From: Alphaproteobacteria bacterium UBA3768
GTDB taxonomy: Bacteria; Pseudomonadota; Alphaproteobacteria; CAAHEQ01; UBA3637
Direction of reading: 5' to 3'
Length of the DNA: 64,000 bases
Assembly (NCBI GenBank): GCA_002372315.1
Contig: DFFU01000027.1
Location: 7,294-71,293, forward strand
Every line of letters begins with the position of its first letter. Position 1 is the first letter of the stretch. The notes beneath the pieces were generated by a model, which saw only the letters and a program-made list of their open reading frames with translations, did not search any database and was not told the origin of the DNA. Positions 29,057-39,443 of the stretch are shown here, piece after piece. A program made the translations under genes and the position numbers.

Positions 29057-30319
29057 ATGCAATTGCAGGATCTAAAGAAAAAATCACCAACAGATTTATT
29101 GAAATATGCCGAAGAATTGGGTATTGAAAATGCTGCCAGTTTACGCACTCAAGACATGATGTATGCCATTTTAAAGCGTTTGGCAGAAACTGAAACCACC
29201 TTATTTGGTGAAGGTGTTTTACAGGTCATGCAAGATGGCTTTGGATTCTTGCGTTCCCCTGAGGCCAATTATTTGGCTGGTCCAGATGACATCTATGTGG
29301 CACCACAACATATCAAGCGCTATGGGTTGCGCACAGGCGATACTATCAGTGGTGAAATTGCGGCCCCCAAAAATAATGAAAAATACTTTTCTTTAACCAA
29401 AATCAATCAAGTCAATTTTGATGATCCAGAAAAATTACGCTATCGTGTGAATTTTGATGATTTAACACCTTTATACCCTGAAAAAGCCATCAAAATGGAA
29501 CATGAAGCACCCGATAATAAGAAAAAGGATTTGACAGACAGAATTATAGATTTGATTTGTCCTCAAGGTTTTGGGCAACGTTCTTTGATTGTTGCACCCC
29601 CCAGAACAGGTAAGACGGTCATGTTACAAAATATTGCCCATGCCATAACGGCAAACTTTCCAAAGGCTCACTTGATTATGTTATTGATTGATGAACGCCC
29701 AGAAGAAGTGACAGATATGATTCGCTCAGTAAAAGGTGAAGTCATTTCATCCACTTTTGATGAACCCGCTGCACGCCATGTGCAGGTCGCTGAAATGGTT
29801 ATTGAAAAGGCTAAACGTTTGGTTGAACATAAACAAGACGTAGTGATTTTGTTAGATTCTATCACACGCTTGGCACGTGCTTACAACACCGTTGTACCCA
29901 GTTCAGGAAAAGTCTTAACTGGCGGTGTGGATGCCAATGCTCTGCAAAAACCCAAGCGCTTTTTTGGTGCTGCCCGCAATATTGAAGAAGGTGGTTCTTT
30001 AACAATATTCGGCACCGCTTTGGTGGATACGGGGTCGCGTATGGATGAAGTGATTTTTGAAGAATTTAAAGGCACAGGAAATAGCGAAATCGTATTGGAT
30101 CGTAAAGTATCTGATAAGCGCATTTTCCCTGCTATTGATGTAACCAAATCTGGCACACGTAAGGAAGAATTGTTGGTTGATAAGAATAAACTGCCCAAAA
30201 TGTGGATGTTGCGCCGTATTTTGATTCCTATGGGTGTAACAGAATCCATGGAATTCTTGATGGAAAAATTAAAATTCACCAAAAATAATGATGATTTCTT
30301 TAACTCCATGAATCAATAG
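29057..30319 (+). CDS. rho: Transcription termination factor Rho
   Basis: [55 protein letters not shown]. Confidence 0.98.
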   Translation: MQLQDLKKKSPTDLLKYAEELGIENAASLRTQDMMYAILKRLAETETTLFGEGVLQVMQDGFGFLRSPEANYLAGPDDIYVAPQHIKRYGLRTGDTISGEIAAPKNNEKYFSLTKINQVNFDDPEKLRYRVNFDDLTPLYPEKAIKMEHEAPDNKKKDLTDRIIDLICPQGFGQRSLIVAPPRTGKTVMLQNIAHAITANFPKAHLIMLLIDERPEEVTDMIRSVKGEVISSTFDEPAARHVQVAEMVIEKAKRLVEHKQDVVILLDSITRLARAYNTVVPSSGKVLTGGVDANALQKPKRFFGAARNIEEGGSLTIFGTALVDTGSRMDEVIFEEFKGTGNSEIVLDRKVSDKRIFPAIDVTKSGTRKEELLVDKNKLPKMWMLRRILIPMGVTESMEFLMEKLKFTKNNDDFFNSMNQ

Positions 30320-30389
30320 GAAAAATAAAGTTTTGTCCCAAAATATAACAATTGGAATTTAAAAACAATACTTTTTTGTTGGATTTTTT

Positions 30390-31106
30390 ATGAATTATCT
30401 TGAAAAAGCATCCTTACTTAAAGAAAAGATTAAAAAGAATAAGGAAGATATTCAAAAAATACTTCAATCCTATACATCTGATAAACGGGAAAAATTGCTT
30501 TTTCTGCAATATCTCATTTCAATCCAAACAGGGAGAGTAAAGTTTTTACGCCCAAATGATACAAGGGACATCATTGATAGAGAAAGACAAATTTCAGAGT
30601 TTTCAAAGAAAATTTTTGAAGTAATACCAGATTCTAAACATTTGGTATTTCATGGAACTCCCATCTATAACACCGAAAAAATTTTAAAAAGTGGTCGTAT
30701 TGTTTCTGGCAGAGATTTATGGGGTATTAAAACGAGTGGTGATCCTTTGGGGCAATTTTCAGTTACAACAAAAGAAAATATTCAAAATACAGTTATTGGA
30801 CATTCTGATTTAGGCGCTTATACAGAATTTCTACCTGCGGGAACCATTTTTGTCCTTTATCCAAAGGATGAAGAAGAATATAAAATGGCACAAAAAAAAG
30901 GATATTTACACAATATAGATTTTAAAAGAAATCCAAACAGAATCCATTCTTTGGTGACAACATCAGAAAATTTAGATCGTATAAATAATTGGTTAAAAAA
31001 ATACAAGTTGAATTACCATGTTTATGATTATGATGCTTTCATTGATTATTGGCAAAAACAAACAATTAATCCTCAAGCATTAAAAAAACAAAAAACAATT
31101 GATTAA
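30390..31106 (+). CDS. Hypothetical protein, possible ADP-ribosyltransferase-like fold
   Basis: LVFHGTPIYNTEKILKSG..GQFSVTT resembles the H-G-T NAD-binding strand of PARP/ART-like domains. Confidence 0.45.
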   Translation: MNYLEKASLLKEKIKKNKEDIQKILQSYTSDKREKLLFLQYLISIQTGRVKFLRPNDTRDIIDRERQISEFSKKIFEVIPDSKHLVFHGTPIYNTEKILKSGRIVSGRDLWGIKTSGDPLGQFSVTTKENIQNTVIGHSDLGAYTEFLPAGTIFVLYPKDEEEYKMAQKKGYLHNIDFKRNPNRIHSLVTTSENLDRINNWLKKYKLNYHVYDYDAFIDYWQKQTINPQALKKQKTID

Positions 31107-31144
31107 AAAAAATTTTTATGCTATGCTGCTTTCAAGGAGTTTCC

Positions 31145-31993
31145 ATGAAAGCACCCAAGATTTCCGTTTTAATGCCTGTTTATAAAACTAAGCCAGAATT
31201 TTTAAGGGCAACAATTCAAAGTATTTTAAATCAAACTTTTAAGGATTTTGAGTTTTTAATTTTGGATGATTGCCCCACGGATTCACGTGAAGAAATCGTT
31301 AAGGCGTTCAACGATAAACGTATAAAATATGTTAAAAACAAAAAAAATATGGGCATTACACCCAGCCGTAATAAATTGATACAGATGGCAAAGGGTAAAT
31401 ATCTGGCCGTGATGGATCATGATGATATATCTCTTGTCAAACGATTTGAAAAACAGGTAAAATTTTTGGATAGGCATCCAGAAATTGGTGTCGTAGGATG
31501 TCAATACCAAATACTACCTCGTATGCGTCAATCACGACTTCCAACAACCAATGAAGAAATTCAAATGGGATTAATGCAAGATTGTATGATTTTGCATCCT
31601 AGCTCTATGATACGGGCAAGCGTGTTAAAAGAATCCCCTTATCAAGCGGAGTTTTCCCCATCAGAAGACTATATGCTTTGGTGTAATTTAATCGGTAAAA
31701 CAAAATTTTATAATTTACCCGAAACTTTATTTCACTATAACCTACATGAAACAAATACCAGTAAAACACAAAGTCAAAAGATGTTGGATACCGCACAAAA
31801 AATTCGAAAAGTCGTGCGTAGTAAACATCCGAATCTATGGTTAAAATTTCAAAAGAAAGCCCCTCATATCGTGAGAATGAAACTGTTTGGTATCATTCCT
31901 TTGGGAAAATTTGAACAATTTGGGAGCCAAAAAAAAGGCATTTTGAAATATCTGCCTTTTATCAAAACAAAAATAAAGTATAAATATTTATGA
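31145..31993 (+). CDS. Glycosyltransferase family 2
   Basis: PKISVLMPVY, QTFKDFEFLILDD, GKYLAVMDHDD, SEDYMLW. Confidence 0.93.
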   Translation: MKAPKISVLMPVYKTKPEFLRATIQSILNQTFKDFEFLILDDCPTDSREEIVKAFNDKRIKYVKNKKNMGITPSRNKLIQMAKGKYLAVMDHDDISLVKRFEKQVKFLDRHPEIGVVGCQYQILPRMRQSRLPTTNEEIQMGLMQDCMILHPSSMIRASVLKESPYQAEFSPSEDYMLWCNLIGKTKFYNLPETLFHYNLHETNTSKTQSQKMLDTAQKIRKVVRSKHPNLWLKFQKKAPHIVRMKLFGIIPLGKFEQFGSQKKGILKYLPFIKTKIKYKYL

Positions 31994-32004
31994 AAGGAAT
32001 CATC

Positions 32005-32394
32005 ATGAAGAACGAGTATGGACGAACCATGATTGAAATGTTGGGTGTTTTGTCTATTATTGGCATATTAACCATTGGTGGAATTATGGCTTTTCAAAAT
32101 GGTCAAACACAAAATGAGGCCAATAAAATCAATGAATTGGTATCTATTGCTTCACTCAATGGTTTAACCAAAATGAAAGATTACGATAACACAAAAATAT
32201 GGAAAGTTATTGGCAAGAAAAAAGCCGATTATAAATGTGTAGATTCATTAGTCGTCGAAGCAAACGGTCAAGTAAAAATAATCTTTTCCTCGGATTGCGA
32301 CAAAGTCAAAAAAATACTGACAAGCCAATGGGGAAATCGCTGGAACAAATCAACTCATACTTACACCCCACCCGAAGATGATGACGACGTTTAA
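32005..32394 (+). CDS. Short type IV pilin-like protein
   Basis: MKNEYG|RTMIEMLGVLSIIGILTIGG; two Cys; AAAGGA RBS. Confidence 0.8.
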   Translation: MKNEYGRTMIEMLGVLSIIGILTIGGIMAFQNGQTQNEANKINELVSIASLNGLTKMKDYDNTKIWKVIGKKKADYKCVDSLVVEANGQVKIIFSSDCDKVKKILTSQWGNRWNKSTHTYTPPEDDDDV

Positions 32395-35300
32395 ACTAAT
32401 GAGGCGATTTTTTGAATCATATCACGCACACCCCTTAAACGCTTAGAGGTATCCTGCCAAGCACGAATGGCCAACACTTTTTGGTCAGGACGAATTTTCA
32501 TCGTACCCACTTGGGATTTTATGTAATCAATCAATCCTGCTGGGTTTGGAAAAGTATTGTTGAAAAAGCTGATCGTTGCCCCTTTTTCACCCGCATCTAA
32601 GCGTTCAATGTGTGCTTTACGCGCCAACAATTTCAATTCCAAAGTTAAAAATAAGTTCTCTGTTTCAACCGGATAAAGACCAAAACGATCCTTTAATTCC
32701 GCACGCATAGCGTTGATTTCATCCATAGATTGAATATCCCCCATACGTCGGTATAAATCCATCCGCACATCCAATTCGGGAATATAAGTGGATGGAATCA
32801 ACACGGGAAGCCCCACCGAAATTTGTGGTGAAAAATCTTCTTGAACAATTTTCGTTTTGTCCGCTTTTAAATTATGAACAGCCTCTGCCAACATTTTTTG
32901 ATAAAGAGCAACCCCTATTTCACGGATATGCCCCGATTGTTCAGCACCAAGTAAGTTCCCTGCTCCACGGATATCCAAATCGTGGCTCGCCAACATAAAA
33001 CCAGCGCCTAAACTATCCAATTTTTGCATCACTTCCAAACGCTTGCGTGCATTTTCGGATAAGCTTCCCGTTGTTGTTAAGTAAGCATAAGCCTTTTGCT
33101 TACCACGCCCTACACGCCCACGTAGCTGGTAAAGCGCTGCCAAACCAAACATATCCGCCCGATAAACAATCATCGTATTAACGCGCGGTAAATCCAAGCC
33201 TGATTCAATGATACTGGTAGCAATTAAAACATCATAAGCGCCTTCGGTAAAATCAGACATAATGTTTTCCAACTGTGTAGGTGGCATTTGCCCATGCGCT
33301 TGCACCATTTTTAAATCAGGCAATAATGCGTGCAAATCGTCATATACATCCGCCATATCTGAAATTCGTGGCACCACAACAAAGGTTTGTCCTCCACGAA
33401 AATGTTCGCGTAAAATTGCTTCTTTCATCACTACAGGATCAAAAGGCATGACATAGGTTTTAACCGCTAATCGGTCCACGGGTGGGGTCGCAATAACGGA
33501 TAGATCGCGTACTCCCGATAATGACAATTGCAATGTACGTGGAATGGGGGTTGCGGTCAATGTTAAAACATGAACACCCTCTTGCAATTCCTTTAAGCGT
33601 TCTTTGTGTTTGACACCAAAATGTTGCTCTTCATCCACAATTACAAGACCTAAATTTTTAAAGCACATCGTTTTGGATAAAAGTGCATGTGTTCCCACAA
33701 CAATATCTAAACTACCTTTTTCCAACTCATCTTTCACTTTTTTGGCATCACGTGCAGACACCAAACGGGAAAGTGAACCAATACGAATGGGAAAACCAGC
33801 AAAACGATCAATAAAATTTTGCGTGTGTTGACGCGCCAACAATGTCGTTGGAGTAATAACCGCCACTTGATATCCCGCCATCACGGATAAGAAGGCTGCA
33901 CGCATGGCAACCTCTGTTTTTCCAAAGCCCACATCCCCACAAACCAAACGATCCATGGGTTTACCTGCCGATAAATCCGTTTCAATTTCCGCCACTGTAC
34001 GCAACTGATCCTCTGTTTCGGTATAGGGAAAACGCGCACAAAATTCTTGATAAAGACCATGAGGCGCCAAAATTTTGGGCATTTTATGTAAAGCCCTTTG
34101 CCCTGCAATTTTCATCAATTGACCCGCCATTTGGAGTAAATCTTTTTGGACTTTGGTTTTGCGATTTGCAAAAGAAGGATTTCCAAGTCTATCCAGCGCG
34201 ACTTCGCCCGAACCATAACGTGATAAAACATCTGTATTTTCAACAGGCACAAAAAGACGGGCATTTTCGGCATATTCCAAAAGCAGACAATCATGCGCAG
34301 CCCCTGCTACCTGCAAGGTTTCCAATCCCATAAACCGTCCAATACCATGTTGGATATGAACAACCAAATCGCCCTTAGAAAGTGTAGAAATATCTGCAAT
34401 AAAATCTTGAACCTTACGACGCTTAGGAACGCTTTGTAAACGTTCCCCAAACATATCTGTTTCGGTTAAAATCAAGAAATCATCTGTTTGAAAGCCTGTT
34501 TCAAAAGGAGCCACCCAAATGCTTGGAGCCTTTTTTAGGGCTGATTTAAAATCGTCCGCCAATGATAAAGTTAAATCTTTTTCCTTAAATAGAGCCTTTA
34601 GACGATCTGATGCTCCTTCAGTCAGAGTGGTTAAAATCACTTTCTTACGTGATGAACGAACAAAATCTGCTATTTCCAAAAATAAATCTTTATCTTTTTG
34701 AATCCGCACATCCACAAAATCACGTGTTGCACGTGCTCCTTGATCTTGGAATTTTTCACTTTGAAAGGGGGATAACTGAATCACTGAATGATTTTTTAAG
34801 TACTTTTTCATGTTGATATCATCAATAAAAAACAATTCCGGTGGTAAAGGATGATAAAGGGGGACATTAGGACCTTGGTACTGCAATCGAGCTTGATAAT
34901 AATCATTAATCTGAGATGTACGTGCTTTCAAAGATTCCCAAAAGGTTGTTCCTATAAAAATATCTGCATCTGAAACATAATCTAATAATGATGCCATTTT
35001 TTCATAAAAAAGTGGTAAAAAGTGTTCCATACCATCTGTATAACGTTCATCTGTAACAGCCTGATAAATACTGTCCTGTAAAGGATTATCAAATAGTTCC
35101 CTGTATTTGGATCGAAATAATCGACAACTTTCCTCATTTAATTCAAACAAACGAACCGGTTTGATTTCAAATTCTTTTAACAGATCAGTTGTACGTTGTG
35201 TTGCCGGATCAAAAAAGCGTATACTTTCCAATTCATCATCAAAAAAATCCAAGCGTACTGGCAAATTTAAGCCAGGGGTAAAAATATCCACAATTTCACC

Positions 35301-35756
35301 GCGAATAGCAAAATCACCTGCCTGCATCACAACGTCTGTAGATTGATATCCCGAACGCACCAAAAAAGATTTTAGTGTGTCAAAATCAATTTTTTGACTT
35401 GTTTTGATTTGAAAACACGCATTTCTAAAGGTTTCTGGGACAGGGACCTTTTGAGTTAAAGCAGAAACAGATGTTATCAATATAACATTTTGTTTTATAT
35501 TGGATAATTGAATCAAACAATCAATTTGCGACCCTACTATATCAGCCGCAGGTGATACCCGATCATAGGGAACTGTATCCCATGACGGGTAAAATAAGAC
35601 CTTGGCTTTTGGGCAAATTGATTTGATAATACCATAGGTACGATAAGCTTTTTTTTCATTTGAGGCCACATAAACAGCACTCTTCTTTTGTACATTTTTG
35701 CTTAAAATAAATGCTTCATATCCCGAAGGAACACCACCATAAATCAATTCTGTCAT
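32391..35756 (-). CDS. mfd: Transcription-repair coupling factor Mfd
   Basis: YPSWDTVPYDRVSP, GDLVVHIQHGIGRF, MDRLVCGDVGFGKTEVA, DEEQHFGV, YQLRGRVGR; start coupled to trkA stop. Confidence 0.97.
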   Translation of the reverse strand: MTELIYGGVPSGYEAFILSKNVQKKSAVYVASNEKKAYRTYGIIKSICPKAKVLFYPSWDTVPYDRVSPAADIVGSQIDCLIQLSNIKQNVILITSVSALTQKVPVPETFRNACFQIKTSQKIDFDTLKSFLVRSGYQSTDVVMQAGDFAIRGEIVDIFTPGLNLPVRLDFFDDELESIRFFDPATQRTTDLLKEFEIKPVRLFELNEESCRLFRSKYRELFDNPLQDSIYQAVTDERYTDGMEHFLPLFYEKMASLLDYVSDADIFIGTTFWESLKARTSQINDYYQARLQYQGPNVPLYHPLPPELFFIDDINMKKYLKNHSVIQLSPFQSEKFQDQGARATRDFVDVRIQKDKDLFLEIADFVRSSRKKVILTTLTEGASDRLKALFKEKDLTLSLADDFKSALKKAPSIWVAPFETGFQTDDFLILTETDMFGERLQSVPKRRKVQDFIADISTLSKGDLVVHIQHGIGRFMGLETLQVAGAAHDCLLLEYAENARLFVPVENTDVLSRYGSGEVALDRLGNPSFANRKTKVQKDLLQMAGQLMKIAGQRALHKMPKILAPHGLYQEFCARFPYTETEDQLRTVAEIETDLSAGKPMDRLVCGDVGFGKTEVAMRAAFLSVMAGYQVAVITPTTLLARQHTQNFIDRFAGFPIRIGSLSRLVSARDAKKVKDELEKGSLDIVVGTHALLSKTMCFKNLGLVIVDEEQHFGVKHKERLKELQEGVHVLTLTATPIPRTLQLSLSGVRDLSVIATPPVDRLAVKTYVMPFDPVVMKEAILREHFRGGQTFVVVPRISDMADVYDDLHALLPDLKMVQAHGQMPPTQLENIMSDFTEGAYDVLIATSIIESGLDLPRVNTMIVYRADMFGLAALYQLRGRVGRGKQKAYAYLTTTGSLSENARKRLEVMQKLDSLGAGFMLASHDLDIRGAGNLLGAEQSGHIREIGVALYQKMLAEAVHNLKADKTKIVQEDFSPQISVGLPVLIPSTYIPELDVRMDLYRRMGDIQSMDEINAMRAELKDRFGLYPVETENLFLTLELKLLARKAHIERLDAGEKGATISFFNNTFPNPAGLIDYIKSQVGTMKIRPDQKVLAIRAWQDTSKRLRGVRDMIQKIASLV

Positions 35757-37123
35757 GCGAAAAACGAAAGCCTCACCGTAAAGAGTTTTTCGGCCTGAGC
35801 CACGCATCCACGAGCCACGAATACATATACTTTATCACCAGGTTGAATGCGTAAATTCCGCTGAGGACATAAAAAAGTATTTTCCCGTAAAATTCCCCCA
35901 ATTTGAACCCCTTTAGGTATTTTCAATCGCCCAAGTGGGGCTCCGGTAATGCGTGATGTTTTCAATGCATCCATTTCCAATACTTCCCCCATCCCGGACT
36001 GCAGAAAATAATCATTTGCTAAACGTCCTTTGCGCAAACATTTTAATACTGCAGAAACCATCACCGCATTGGGATTGATTAAAATATCCACCCCTAAACC
36101 ACGCAAGTATTGTTTATATAGGGTGTTACGTACCAAAGCACAGGTACGTTTAACGCCACTCCGTTTAGCCATCAACGACAACAGAACGTTATTTTCATCC
36201 GAATGTGTCGTTGCAATGCTGACTTGATTTGCTTGTAAATCAATATCATCCAAAAGGCTATCATCAAAGCCATCACCATGAATAACCAAAGTCCGATCTA
36301 AATGCTCTGCCAAAAAAGAAGCCCTTGTTTTTTCCCTTTCCACCAATGTAATTTGAGTGTCATCTGAATCAGATTCCAAAACATTTGCCGTTTGAAAACC
36401 AATGGCCCCTCCCCCAAACATCAAAACATTATCCAATGGAATTTCAGCACATCCAAACATATCCAAAGCATAAGATAGGTGCCCGGTTTCCACAAAGAAA
36501 TACACCTCATCCCCAACCTGTAAAACAACTTTTTCCAAATCCATCAATTGGTGTCGTCTGACGACCGCCACTATTGTCAAATTGACATCCCCAACTTGTC
36601 GGCGAATTTGAGCCAGATTCTTACCTAAGAAAGGGATATCAGAACGACATTTCAGTCCCAAAAAACGAACTAAACCGCGTCCCAATATCGTCATATCCGT
36701 TGCCCCATTAATTGACAAACTCGTCAAAATTTGATTGGCTGTTTCCTTTTCAGGCGACACCACAACATCAACCGACAAAGCCTTCAAAAAGTCCGAATAT
36801 TTTCCCATAAGGTAATCATTGGAAGATACCCGTGCAATTCGGCGTGTGACATGAAACAACTCTTTGGCTAAAGAACAAGCAATAATATTACTTTGATCAT
36901 CACTGGTCATAGCCAACAAAACATCCATACTTTCAGCACCAGCCCTTTCCAAAACCAATGGAGAATCGCATGAACCTGTTAAGGTTTGAATATCCAACTG
37001 TTCACTCAGATCCGACAAAGCACTAGGATTTTTATCAATTAAGACAATTTCATGATTTTCCGCCCGCAAATAACGAGCCAAAGCGACCCCAGTTTGTCCT
37101 GCACCAGCAATCAATATACGCAT
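35753..37123 (-). CDS. trkA: Trk potassium uptake system NAD-binding protein TrkA
   Basis: Two RCK N/C pairs: IAGAGQTG and FGGGAIG Rossmann motifs. Confidence 0.9.
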   Translation of the reverse strand: MRILIAGAGQTGVALARYLRAENHEIVLIDKNPSALSDLSEQLDIQTLTGSCDSPLVLERAGAESMDVLLAMTSDDQSNIIACSLAKELFHVTRRIARVSSNDYLMGKYSDFLKALSVDVVVSPEKETANQILTSLSINGATDMTILGRGLVRFLGLKCRSDIPFLGKNLAQIRRQVGDVNLTIVAVVRRHQLMDLEKVVLQVGDEVYFFVETGHLSYALDMFGCAEIPLDNVLMFGGGAIGFQTANVLESDSDDTQITLVEREKTRASFLAEHLDRTLVIHGDGFDDSLLDDIDLQANQVSIATTHSDENNVLLSLMAKRSGVKRTCALVRNTLYKQYLRGLGVDILINPNAVMVSAVLKCLRKGRLANDYFLQSGMGEVLEMDALKTSRITGAPLGRLKIPKGVQIGGILRENTFLCPQRNLRIQPGDKVYVFVARGCVAQAEKLFTVRLSFFA

Positions 37124-37226
37124 TTAATCTCCTTTTTATATCTATTTTAATCTTTTTTAGAAAAAGAGCAAGTTTTATCTTGAGAAAAAAAGATTATTAT
37201 GCTAAACCTTTAAAGAAAGGATTTTT

Positions 37227-38006
37227 ATGGTCGCCTCAAAATCAAATAAAGAACAAACCTCTTTCTATCACGTTTCAACGAATGTAGATAGTTTAAAAAC
37301 ATTTTTACATGAAGGAGTAAAAAATACCGATTTTCCTTTACCTAATGGATTTTATGTGTGGCAAAATGAAGAAATGGCTGACACACATATCCGTTTATTA
37401 GAAAATGGTTTATTAAACAAACGATTAAATCAACACCAAGCATTAATTATAGAATTTCACGTTCCCACAGAACAAATCATTTATCCAACGTGGCAAGTAG
37501 ATGTAGAATTAGCACCAGGTCTATTGGAATTATTCAACAAACATCAATTGTCAATCAACCAAAAGTTAAAAAATGTAACCATCAACCTACCCCCTAATGA
37601 TTCGCTTTTAAGCAAAATTACAAGTATTTCATGTCAAAAAAATAATCAAGAAACAACATTTATTTTTCAAGGTAAAACTCCCATTAATACAGATTTATCC
37701 TATAGCCTTACATGTTATCAAAACCAAAATCCTTGCCATCAAAATTCGGATATCCTGTATTTGCAAACATTAGTAGATGTACTACACAAAAAAGAGCCTT
37801 CTTTTACAAAAGAATATCAGCAGCTTATGCAAAACACACCAAATGCCTCTTTTAAATATACAGGTCAACAACCTTTACCTGTTTCTATGATAAAGCATGT
37901 TCAAATTGATGAACACAACCAACTTAATAAAAATATTTTATATGACTCGGCAAAAGGTTTTCGGCAGATTTGTCCTTTTTTAAGACTTAAAAATGTTCAA
38001 CGATAA
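37227..38006 (+). CDS. Hypothetical protein, possible ADP-ribosyltransferase-like fold
   Basis: FYHVS...FLHEG...NGFYVWQNEEMA..H...IIEF pattern like H-Y-class ART domains. Confidence 0.45.
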   Translation: MVASKSNKEQTSFYHVSTNVDSLKTFLHEGVKNTDFPLPNGFYVWQNEEMADTHIRLLENGLLNKRLNQHQALIIEFHVPTEQIIYPTWQVDVELAPGLLELFNKHQLSINQKLKNVTINLPPNDSLLSKITSISCQKNNQETTFIFQGKTPINTDLSYSLTCYQNQNPCHQNSDILYLQTLVDVLHKKEPSFTKEYQQLMQNTPNASFKYTGQQPLPVSMIKHVQIDEHNQLNKNILYDSAKGFRQICPFLRLKNVQR

Positions 38007-38066
38007 AAATTTTACTGGACATGAGCATCAAAATATGCCATGCTGATTGCAAGCAAAGGAGCTATT

Positions 38067-39443
38067 ATGTTTGACAAACCAATATTACCAGATTTCTTGT
38101 CTTTTAAAAAGAATGAAGACACTCATGCGCCAAAACAAAATGAGGCTAAACCGCCCATGAATCCTATGATGGCACATCAAACGCAAGCAATGACACAAAA
38201 TTCATCTAATCAGCTGGGAGAACAAACCACTCAAGCAACGCAGCAAGTAGCCCCATCCCCTCAACCAGTTCAACAAGATGAGCCGACCATGCAATCTGTT
38301 TCACAGGTTAAAATGCCTGATCAGCCCTCTATTCCAGAAGAGGATCCTTTGGCTGCACTTAGAGGAAAATCCACAACACAATCCCCCCCTCAGCAAACAG
38401 CAGCAAAAGTTGGAAGTAGTGACAAAAAAGAACACACCTTTTCAAATGAAGCTGATCAAATCACTGCAGATGCAACCGAAGTAACAGGAGCTGGTTTGCA
38501 TGAAGTTGGCTTTTCAGATATCTGGTACACCCCTGAGGATATCGCCTATGTACGTGATCCACGTACCCGTTTTGCACTGATCCCCATTGTTACACCTGAT
38601 TTACCAGATTTTAAACGTATCTTAGAGCAAGGTTATACTGGAACTTCTTCTTACTCAGTTAAATTTGCTGGCGATTATTATCGTGTGGAACGTATTATGA
38701 CAAAAGAAGGTGTTCAATATAACTGTCGTAAGATGCCCAATGAGGCCCCAGAAATTGAACAATTGGGATTTGCTCCAGAAATTGTCAATCATTTGGCTAG
38801 CTTGGGAAAATCTTCTGGATTATTACTTTTTGCTGGTCCAACAGGGCAAGGTAAAACGACTTCGGCATCAGCCATTATGAAACGTTATTTGGAGACAGAA
38901 GGAGGTTTTTTGTACACAATTGAAGACCCCCCAGAAATGCCCTTATCCGGTTTATACCATGCCAAAAATGGTGGGTTAGGATTGTGTAAGCAGACGAGTG
39001 TTGAAAATGACCAGTGGGGTGCTGGTTTGAGGTCTGCACTGCGTTCAAAACCGCGTTATATCTTGGTGGGAGAAATCCGTACACCAGAAACAGCGGCCCA
39101 ATGCTTAGTTGCCGCTACATCAGGACACTTAGTATTTTCAACAATTCACGCAAATGGTGTAGAAGATGCTTTAAATTCAATGATAAAATACGCCTCATCA
39201 ACGGGGCTTGACAGCACTTTGGTTGCTGACCTATTGGCTCGCGGTATATTGGGCGTTATTTATCAACGCTTGGATGGGGTGGAAAAATTAAAACTGTATT
39301 ATAAGACCGCTTTTGCCAATCCCAATACGGCAACTGCGGATCAAATGCGTATGACAATTCGCAGTAACAACATCAACTTAGCCACCTATATGGAACAGCA
39401 GGAAACCTTAATGAAGAAAGGTCTGCCAATATTTAGGGATTAG
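38067..39443 (+). CDS. PilT/DotB-like secretion ATPase with long Q/P-rich N-terminal extension
   Basis: Walker A AGPTGQGKTT, Asp box TIEDPPE, Walker B ILVGEIR, His box SGHLVFSTIHA. Confidence 0.85.
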   Translation: MFDKPILPDFLSFKKNEDTHAPKQNEAKPPMNPMMAHQTQAMTQNSSNQLGEQTTQATQQVAPSPQPVQQDEPTMQSVSQVKMPDQPSIPEEDPLAALRGKSTTQSPPQQTAAKVGSSDKKEHTFSNEADQITADATEVTGAGLHEVGFSDIWYTPEDIAYVRDPRTRFALIPIVTPDLPDFKRILEQGYTGTSSYSVKFAGDYYRVERIMTKEGVQYNCRKMPNEAPEIEQLGFAPEIVNHLASLGKSSGLLLFAGPTGQGKTTSASAIMKRYLETEGGFLYTIEDPPEMPLSGLYHAKNGGLGLCKQTSVENDQWGAGLRSALRSKPRYILVGEIRTPETAAQCLVAATSGHLVFSTIHANGVEDALNSMIKYASSTGLDSTLVADLLARGILGVIYQRLDGVEKLKLYYKTAFANPNTATADQMRMTIRSNNINLATYMEQQETLMKKGLPIFRD

